Shown here: in pieces, positions 55,980 through 64,000 of the stretch
Numbering within the stretch: position 1 is the first letter of the stretch
Layout of the letters: every line of letters begins with the position of its first letter
From: Paramoeba atlantica
Taxonomy: Eukaryota; Protista; Discosea
DNA length: 64,000 nucleotides
Assembly (NCBI GenBank): GCA_977017575.1
Contig: CDRNVI010000069.1
Span: 124,001 to 188,000, forward strand
Direction of reading: 5' to 3'
Notes under the pieces: model-generated
What the model saw: only the letters and a program-made list of their open reading frames with translations
What the model was told of the DNA's origin: nothing
Database searches by the model: none
Translations under genes and position numbers: made by a program

Positions 55980-56729
55980 CAGTGGTGATCAGCCTCTTTT
56001 ACCCCCCCTACAGGTCTTGTATTTTGTTCGATTTTGGAAATATTTTGTATGGGATTGTTTTTCGACCCAATCGTTCCGAATCCGAGGTCCTTTTCACTCG
56101 TGGACACTTGTATCATTCCTAAACTGAAAAACACTGAGAAACTCGATAATTTTTTAGAGAGTACATTTTTTCCTAAATTGATACATTTTCTGGTGATTCA
56201 TGACGAAGAAGCACCAGCCCCTGTATTTACTTTCCTCTGGCGTGCGCCCCGAGATGCGCACGGCACTCGCGATTGAATACGAGCGACTTAAGTCCTATAG
56301 GGCAGTTGTAAAACTTAATAAACTTAACCCCGGGTCTATCATTGAAACTTTTCGTTTTTTTCTGAAGATCAACCAGAAGCGTTTAAGAATATCTTCCGGG
56401 ACCATCGTAAGTGTTTACTCTTGGTTAAGGAGGCCAAAGGGCATATGACTAAATACTAGAGATTACTTTGCACCCCTTTTCCGCGTCTTCTGACGTACTT
56501 AAAGTAAGACCTACACGTACTTTACTACTGTTGTTCATTCGAAACACCCCAAAAAAATGTAATTAACTTTTTTGACCCCTACCTGGCTAGGAGGGGTAGG
56601 GGGTCGCTCGAGTGAAAAGGACCTCGGATTCGGAACGATTGGGTCGAAAAACGATGATCTACCAAATATTTCCAAAATCGGACAAAGTACAAGACCTGTA
56701 GGGGGGGTAAAAGAGGCTGATCACCACTG
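55980..56729. mobile_element. 750-bp Tc1-like non-autonomous element with about 120-bp TIRs
   Basis: TA|CAGTGGTGATCAGCCTCTTTTACCCCCC ... GAGGCTGATCACCACTG|TA. Confidence 0.9.
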
Positions 56730-56973
56730 TAGACACTTTTCTTTGTTTTCAGTAAAATAGAGATGTTCCCAAAGAAGGGTATGTAAATAGTGATGTTCCC
56801 AAAGAGTTTGAAGATCACGAAAGCCCAAATAATAAGTATCACCGTTCACTTCACATTTACTGTTGCCGCGCTACACGTAAAATTCCGTTGTTTTATTTCA
56901 ATAGTGAATCGCGCAAGAGCAAACTGTGAGGTATGTGAAACTAATTCAATGATACGTCATTAGTTAATCGTAA

Positions 56974-58287
56974 TCAGATTGACACTGCATCTCGAACATT
57001 GGGTACAATTCTCACTGCTCGAAAAGGACTATCTTGCCCCGTAATTCGTGATGTATCGTCTCGAATGCCAAAACCTGCAAATTGAGCTCCCACAATCCAT
57101 GAGCCGATGACAGGATGCATACCTTGTAGCGGTTCTTCTTGCAAAAGCTCCTGAAAGATAACCTGTCGATCGTGAAATTGCCCATTAGAGCTCTCGACCG
57201 GATGAGACACATTTCGCGCAGAGTGCAAGGATACGTTCTCTCCACACCGACCTACAATTGGTTTACGAGCGTATCCACTACGAATGAGTTCAGGTGTGGG
57301 CCTCCATGCGGCGGGAAGCAGATTGGGGTGCCCTGGAAACATTTCCCAGAGGATTACCAAAAGAGCTTTGTTGCTGGTGATAATCTTCCAAAGTGGTTCA
57401 ATAATTTCCATGGCGGGATCGCTCAAAAACATTTCAGAAAGAGAGGGAGCTCCACTCCTTGCACCATTCGTGCTGAGTGAACGAGGTGATTTTATGGCAT
57501 TCTGCAAAATTGTATCCCAGGCCCACATTTTCCATACAATGCGGAGGGGCTCCCCGTCCTCATGGCAGAGTGTAGTATTTGACCCGTTGAGGTTCTTCCA
57601 CCCCAGCGAGGATGTCCCAACACATAATTTCGTGGAAACTCCCGCAAGAGATGCGAGTTCTTGCATGAACGTTGCATTATACACTTCTTCCGGGTCGTCA
57701 TCGACAAGAAAATGCACAGGTTGTGTAGCAGGAATCTTCATACCTCTCCAGGCACGCACGACGGATTCCTGCAACGACGTCCCGGCGTCGGTTCCAACAT
57801 TTCCTATACCCACAGCTTCACTCCACTTACCTTGGACGCGACCACACTCGAACAAGGTTCCCGCGCTGTCGGCGTTGTACTCTAACAGTTTTACGCAGTC
57901 TCGCGTGTGTGGGGTAGCCGAAGAACTCGAACTCACAGGAAAAGAAACCCCGAAATCGAATCTTCCTGTCAGTGTACGACTGCGGTGCTTCTTCCACGAG
58001 TGACGAACGTGGGCCCAGAAAGTACGAGGAATAGCAAAACGATCCAATAGGGTGTCGGATGCAATTACCTTTTCCGTCGCCGATAGACACATGGCGTGTA
58101 GCTCCTCCGATGTACGGGTAATTTGGGTACTCAGGTCAGAACTGACACGGTAATAACCACAGGCTGTCTCCACGGCGCGATTTACTCCTACACCATACGT
58201 CTCGCCAAATATTTGCTCGCTGCGGACCTTGCGGTTGAGGTAGGAAACAGCAGAGGAAGTTTTTGGATGGAAAGGAACGCGCTGCAT
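56974..58287 (-). CDS. Glutathionylspermidine/trypanothione synthetase-like, synthetase domain only
   Basis: GRFDF, EYNADSAGTLFEC, EPLWKIITSNKA, KPIVGRCGENV, IGSW, GIRDD...ITG.DSPF; no N-terminal amidase. Confidence 0.9.
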   Translation of the reverse strand: MQRVPFHPKTSSAVSYLNRKVRSEQIFGETYGVGVNRAVETACGYYRVSSDLSTQITRTSEELHAMCLSATEKVIASDTLLDRFAIPRTFWAHVRHSWKKHRSRTLTGRFDFGVSFPVSSSSSATPHTRDCVKLLEYNADSAGTLFECGRVQGKWSEAVGIGNVGTDAGTSLQESVVRAWRGMKIPATQPVHFLVDDDPEEVYNATFMQELASLAGVSTKLCVGTSSLGWKNLNGSNTTLCHEDGEPLRIVWKMWAWDTILQNAIKSPRSLSTNGARSGAPSLSEMFLSDPAMEIIEPLWKIITSNKALLVILWEMFPGHPNLLPAAWRPTPELIRSGYARKPIVGRCGENVSLHSARNVSHPVESSNGQFHDRQVIFQELLQEEPLQGMHPVIGSWIVGAQFAGFGIRDDTSRITGQDSPFRAVRIVPNVRDAVSI

Positions 58288-58548
58288 AAGGATAGCAAAA
58301 ATGTGTTGTGTTTCATTCACACATAACAGAATATCTTCATTAATTTGAAATAACTTTGTAGTAGTAACTGATTAAACAATATGCAAACCTGTCTAACTCA
58401 CATACTGAGCATAATTCTGAAACGCTTCTGAAACCGTGTTTTATTAAATTTAGCCGTTGTTACACTGTAAACGAAGCAATAGTACACCTAAAGGCTCACT
58501 TATCCTGTTTTACACTGTACGACAGCCAACATTGCATCTACGTTTGGG

Positions 58549-60072
58549 CTATCGTCGACGGGTGACATTACAAGTCCTGAAGCGGCACGACGTGCCCCTT
58601 CTCCCCCGTCGGACGATTGCCACTTTCCCGGGACCCTCCCGGAGATACTTCACGGTTACACACCTCCCTGCAGCCCACTCCTCGGGGGCCACGAGCACCG
58701 CGCGCTCGGCACCCGCACTATCCGCGTACGCAAACCCCTGACGAACCTTTCGTCGGTCCTCTAGAATCAAATCCGCGCATCTCCCTTTTGCTCGAAGCTG
58801 GGTGACCACTTTCACAGCCACCTCCCGCATAGACTCATCAAAGGGAATCACCACATCATGGAGAACCCGGGGAAGGGCTGGGAGCTTTTTCTTCTCTTTC
58901 AGCAGCTCCAGAATCACACAGTCGCCAAACCCGAACCCGCAGGCCGGCATCGGGGTGGGAGCCCCGTAGGTCGTGAGGAGCGCATCGTACCGCCCCCCTC
59001 CACAGATTGCCCGGAACTTCCCGGGGCGATCCACGACCTCAAACACTACTCCAGTGTAATACGCTAGGCCGCGAACCACGGAGGGGTCGAACACAACCCA
59101 GTCACCTAAACCATAGGCCTCAAGTAGCTTAAAAAGCCTCTGTACCTCTGCAATTGTGTTCGTGAGTGTTCCTTTTTCGAGCCCATCGTACCCCGGCTGG
59201 GATTCGATCAGTTGTTGCAGCGCACCCAAATCCGGCAACTCCATCGCCACCAGAAGGGTCTCTATCACCTGCGGGGACAACTCTAACTCCCCCAAACTCG
59301 TGACCATCTCCTCCCTCGTAATCTTATCCCGTTTATCCAACACCACACACACGGAGACGAACCGCTCGTTCGGGACCTCACACGCCTGCAGCAACCCCTG
59401 CAGCACCTGGCGGGAGTTTATCCTCACCACCACCTCGTGCGAGGACAGCTGCAGCCTCGACAAGGCCGCACACAGCGCGGCAATCAAATCCGCCTCCGCG
59501 CCCACCCCCTTAACCCCCAGGATATCCGCATTCCACTGGTAGTGCTCCCTTCGCCTTCCCCGGGTAATATCCTCATGGCGCCAACACTGCGGCAGGCTGA
59601 ACCATTTCGCCGGGAGGCTGAGCGCCGGGCCCTTTCCGAGCACCAGCCGCGCGAGGCTCGGGGTCATCTCCGGACGCAGCGCCACGCGGTGGCCGGACTT
59701 CGTCACGAAGTTGTACATTTGCTTGGTGATCTCCTCCCCCCCTTTGCGGAGGTAGAGCTCCTCGGGCTCCAGCACCGGCGCGTCGTACTCTTGGAAGCCG
59801 AACCCCGCGCTGATCTCACGGAACACAGCGAACAGGTAGCTCCGGGTGCGCATCTCCTCCGGGGGGAAGTCGCGACAGCCCTGGACGGGGTCGGTGGAGA
59901 TGCGGGAGGGGGCGGACTTCTTTTTGCTCTTTTTGGATAACATGCCCGGGGGCGTAGGCGTAGGGGGCGGCTGCGTAGGTAGTGGTGTGGGATCGGTGGT
60001 GTTGTGGTGCAACGAGAGTGCGGCAAAAAGCCGCGACAGTTTGTAATGGGGGTTCACAGAAAAGGAGTTCAT
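58549..60072 (-). CDS. HARS: Histidyl-tRNA synthetase
   Basis: [46 protein letters not shown]. Confidence 0.95.
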   Translation of the reverse strand: MNSFSVNPHYKLSRLFAALSLHHNTTDPTPLPTQPPPTPTPPGMLSKKSKKKSAPSRISTDPVQGCRDFPPEEMRTRSYLFAVFREISAGFGFQEYDAPVLEPEELYLRKGGEEITKQMYNFVTKSGHRVALRPEMTPSLARLVLGKGPALSLPAKWFSLPQCWRHEDITRGRRREHYQWNADILGVKGVGAEADLIAALCAALSRLQLSSHEVVVRINSRQVLQGLLQACEVPNERFVSVCVVLDKRDKITREEMVTSLGELELSPQVIETLLVAMELPDLGALQQLIESQPGYDGLEKGTLTNTIAEVQRLFKLLEAYGLGDWVVFDPSVVRGLAYYTGVVFEVVDRPGKFRAICGGGRYDALLTTYGAPTPMPACGFGFGDCVILELLKEKKKLPALPRVLHDVVIPFDESMREVAVKVVTQLRAKGRCADLILEDRRKVRQGFAYADSAGAERAVLVAPEEWAAGRCVTVKYLREGPGKVAIVRRGRRGTSCRFRTCNVTRRR

Positions 60073-60241
60073 GCGGGATATTGTGGGGAGAAAAGTGAAG
60101 AGAGGGAGAAGAGGTCTGGAGAAAGGTCTAGAGAAAAAAGGAGAAAATTTCAAGTCAATGAACTGAACGTTTGTCATGAAAAAATGGTGTCACCTCTTAA
60201 TATCTTTCTAATTTCTTACGTTAAACGGCACCGTTCTAGCC

Positions 60242-60520
60242 TTGTTGGATAATTACACGGTGCACAATTGGGCTAAGACAAGCTTTCAAGAGACAGGAAT
60301 TCCTGTTCTTCCTTGGCCAGCAAAATCACATCAGCTTATGTTGGTTGAAAATTTATGGTCCATAGTGGACGACTTCAAAAATGGTTTAGCCCCTCGAAAT
60401 CGTGCAGATTTGATCAGTGCGATCGAAGCAGCTTCAAGATCTTCAAATAATACTTTATGCGGCCTCTGAAAGCGCTATGAAGAGCTTTCGAAAGCGATGC
60501 CGTATTGTGATTGAGAAGAC
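60242..60520 (+). mobile_element. C-terminal fragment of a Tc1-like transposase (DD32E spacing)
   Basis: LDNYTVHN...WPAKSHQLMLVENLW. Confidence 0.75.
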
Positions 60521-61177
60521 GGCGGTAATTGTAGTTACAATTTTTTTTCGATATTTTCTAGTATTTTAGAAACAGTAGTCAACCCGCTAGCTCCTTCTTA
60601 CGTGGAGATGGAGAGCAAAGCGCCTGTAAATACCCTTGCCCGGGCAGAGGCCACGAAGCAGTACGACACTCTCGCAGCAACACGCGGAATGAAACTCTTC
60701 CTGCTAGCCTTCTCGGAAATGAGACTCTTGCATTTCCACGGAAGTGCGGAGGGTACACCTCGGACAGAGACGGCCTTCTCCGCCATGCTATGGCCCTTGA
60801 CATCGCCATATAGCGTGGCAAAGCCCAAATAATTTCGGCCGGATAATAGTGGGAAATGAGTATCTTGTAGAGAGAATTGAATAAAATTCATCTACATATT
60901 ACATCTACATGGAAGTGCCTATTTATACACTGTATTTTCACTGTTTTAGTTCACTTTTTTTTCAATACTCGAGAGTAGCGCGGTAGATATGCAATCATCA
61001 CAATGTACACCACCACAATACAATAGCAATGTATAGCAATATTAGGAGTGACAAGAGGGCTCGTTTTAGAAGATAACCAATGAATATTCCTGCCTCCCTC
61101 GGAAGATTACTACCACCGCCATAAGAGTGACTGACTTATTAAGTGGAGGGCACAGTACATTATTTTAATGAGATGGC

Positions 61178-62143
61178 CTACGTTTTCATGCGTGCTCCAC
61201 GTTGTAAAGTTTGTCTAATTTCTTCGTTTAACTTGTCATAGGTGTATAGACGATTGTGTATGGGCACGCAAGAGGCACCCCCACTCAGAGGCCATTCACT
61301 TTCAATGATTTGCAGTAAGTACTTCAATGTACACTGGTCCCTTGATGACCGACAGTATCGCTCCGCGTATGTCTTATTCGAATCGGTCTCACTAATAGGC
61401 TCTGTACTTTTACCAAGAGTTGATTCAGCAGGGCCTGACTCTTTTTTAAGAAAGGGAAGATCGGTGTCTTTTCTGAGACGAAACTCAAAGGGTTGATGCA
61501 AGTGCATGCGGGCGGCGGCCAGAGCAGGTTCTAAAAGGTGCCGCGGAATCGTACGAGAAAGAAATGTTCGCTTTCGAGGATCTATGCGGCCCTGTGACTC
61601 GTAGAGCGCTTCTACCACTTGGTACTCCCCAAGTCGTTTTGAAAGTTGTGCGTACTGCTGGTGATATAACTTGGCTAGTGGCCAAAAGGCTTCCTTATTC
61701 CACTTACATGTCGAGTGAAGTAGTGTGTTGCTTTTCTGGGCGTGCACTTCATTCGAGGTTTTTTGTTGACCGGAAATGGGCTTGTACTCGTTCGGATCCC
61801 AATAATGCCCCCCTCCCCTGCCTAACTCAGGCTCTGTTCCTGCCAAGGATTTACTATCCGGCCGTTTTCGCATAATTTGAACAATAGTGTAAGCGGCGTC
61901 ATGCACTTCTTGTAGGTACGCCTCCACAGTAGCTAAGCTAAGGGTTTTGCATGCGGCCTGTTGAGAAGGTACCGTGCTTTCGTTGCACTTGTCTGCTCTG
62001 CAATAGTTGTATCGCGAAGTGGAAAAATCTCGAACATTTTTGAATAATAAGGTGCCGAATCCCGGTGGCACTAGCAGGAGTAAAGTACGTTTGTAACAGG
62101 ACTGAAGCGATTGCGTAACACGTACTTGGCAAGACAAGCGCAT
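61178..62143 (-). CDS. Hypothetical protein (up to 321 aa)
   Basis: Long ORF on the gene strand with normal composition; no domain recognised; true start uncertain. Confidence 0.6.
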   Translation of the reverse strand: MRLSCQVRVTQSLQSCYKRTLLLLVPPGFGTLLFKNVRDFSTSRYNYCRADKCNESTVPSQQAACKTLSLATVEAYLQEVHDAAYTIVQIMRKRPDSKSLAGTEPELGRGGGHYWDPNEYKPISGQQKTSNEVHAQKSNTLLHSTCKWNKEAFWPLAKLYHQQYAQLSKRLGEYQVVEALYESQGRIDPRKRTFLSRTIPRHLLEPALAAARMHLHQPFEFRLRKDTDLPFLKKESGPAESTLGKSTEPISETDSNKTYAERYCRSSRDQCTLKYLLQIIESEWPLSGGASCVPIHNRLYTYDKLNEEIRQTLQRGARMKT

Positions 62144-63486
62144 GGTAAAAAAGTTTCAACGAAACGGTGAAGAAACACGTGTAAATTTATGCATGAAAGT
62201 GATACGTGATGTGTGCATGCATATTCACCCAAAACTCAGCCCTGTTTTAAAACGGTTTTAGACAGTTCTAAAAGTCTTAAAAAATGTTTAAGGTGTATAA
62301 GTTTATACACCTTCTTGGCGTTCAGAATTTTGAAATGCACACATTAACATTACTTTTAGTAAATTTTTCAAGGAGTTTTCTTTTCAGAAAAAAATTTAGC
62401 ATAAACATTTTTTGATGAATGCAGTCGAAAGCATTCTTTTGATTTATGCGAAGCGTTCTTTTGATTTATGTACACACATACTGTACCCCCGTAGTTAGCA
62501 CACACGTCACCCCCCCTAGTTATCTGTGACTTTTTAAAAATAGTAGTTTTAATAATTAAAGTTAAATAGTATAGAGTAAAGCAATTGCAAGAAAAAGAAC
62601 TCTTTTTCACGTTTTCTGACCCTTTTGAAAAATCATGGATCACGCAGAAGGAGAGGAAGATCTAAAAGAGTGTCTCAAGCTTGTTGAACCTGTTCCGGTA
62701 TCTCACGGAGATTTGTTTGACATCTTTGCAGCTTCGACGAAACGAGTATACGTGAAGCGCAAAGATGTATTTACTAGACCTTGTTTGACGATCAGTGAGG
62801 AAGAATTAAATTCCAAAATTGAGGGCATTACGGATCGTGTGGGGCGATCCTTAGACACTTTTCTGCACGGGAAACGAATCCTGTGTGGCGTGTCCGTGAC
62901 GCCAAAAAAGAGCGAAAAGCGCTACACCTCATCGATCGTCGTGGTCATCTTATTCTAGATGAACGTCCTCGAGCCGTGTACTTTCTCGTGGAAGCAGCTC
63001 AGGACCTTGAAAAACATCTTTCAGAGAATCCTCTGTACGCCCCAGTTCGAGCAAGTGAGGTTCAAGACTTCGTTCTGAGCTTTTGGCGCACATACACGGG
63101 AAATCGCTCTCTCGCATGCGCACAATGGCGAAAGAGTCGTTCTAGTGGCGTTGCGGAAAGTGAGTGTGCTCAGCAGGACGAAGACGCTCCCCAATCCTCC
63201 CCAGTAGCTCCATCCCGTAAACGTCGTAATATTGTGTTCCCGTGTGGGATGCTAATCCCCAAGTGGGACGTACTATAAAACGTAGTCGAGTTTTTTTCTG
63301 TAAAACATGATAAAAAACGTTTACAAATGCCCCATTTATAAATATATTTTCGCAGGATTACGTTGAGATGTACTTTTAATGTGAAGACATTACAACCTAT
63401 CATGTAAGCAAGTAAACATAATGTTGGATAAACACGTACATTTCAAATAATCCTAGCCGTAAATTTCAAAGCAAAATTATCGCACT

Positions 63487-64000
63487 ATGACTGATCTGCC
63501 CTCTCTGCTTTCGCTCTCTCGCCTCGGAAAGTTCGTAGCTGAGTGTAAGGCCGGGGACATAATAGCGGTGGCCTGGTCCTCAGATAAGGTTCCCCGCGGA
63601 GAATTGTGGAAAGGGACAGTGAAAACGGTCGGAGACGAGAAGACTACCATGTCCGTAGATTATGGGAAATTCGGAGATCTCGCTTTCCCCCTACCAACGC
63701 AAGTGTCCACGCTGTTGACAAGCTTCCCGGAGATTCGTACTCCGCTGCGATGGAGAGAGTGGGAGGGCGCGAGACGGGCACATTTGAACCGTTGGAACTG
63801 ACGACCTATGGGATGTTCCTTGATTGCCCCCCCCGAAGCGCGTGATCGAAGTTTTGTGGAGCTAGATTTGCATCTGCGCCGCTATTTTGGTATCGGTGCA
63901 GCGGAACGGAATGCCCCGCGGTTCCATCAAGACGAACATAGAAAAAATGATCTCCTACTGGCTTTCCTCGCGTGGTCGCGAAATTCTATGAAAATGGGGA
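63487..64000 (+). pseudogene. Frameshifted ORF remnant, possibly mobile-element derived
   Basis: Tudor/SH3-like GDIIAVAW...WKGTV...VDY, continuing in shifted frames to the window edge; opposite to the gene strand. Confidence 0.3.

Overview
Eukaryotic, intron-less DNA, almost certainly from a kinetoplastid. The organism call is inference: all housekeeping genes lie on the minus strand like one polycistronic unit, and the window carries spliced-leader (SL) sequence, a trypanothione/glutathionylspermidine synthetase-like gene, a compact ATP-dependent DNA ligase and a divergent PIF1. The LRR family style suggests a Perkinsela-like or other early-branching kinetoplastid. Genes: J-like protein, RGG protein, Derlin, DNA ligase, SPO11, COX5B-like, frameshifted SAMTOR/BMT2, a SAM methyltransferase, PIF1-like helicase, PTGES2-like, GspS/TryS-like, HisRS and nine members of an LRR family. 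The intergenic space is a dense mobilome: Tc1-like and pogo-like elements, many MITEs, a Merlin-like MITE, a CRE/SLACS RT fragment, a TATE/VIPER-like tyrosine recombinase and an R2/NeSL-like retrotransposon. Highlights: (1) two identical 26-nt SL-exon relics head two different retro-elements, a 620-nt structured non-coding retroposon with an A tail and an RT element with four HFM1/Mer3-like Zn knuckles, suggesting retroposition of SL-bearing RNAs; (2) three diverged Tc1-like transposases share an unusual DD32E spacing; (3) GC-rich genes switch from C-ending to G-ending codons mid-gene; (4) a fixed [KR]-x5-[LIR]-P-[QNP]-E leader motif occurs in the LRR family. No tools were run; family assignments come from motif recognition.
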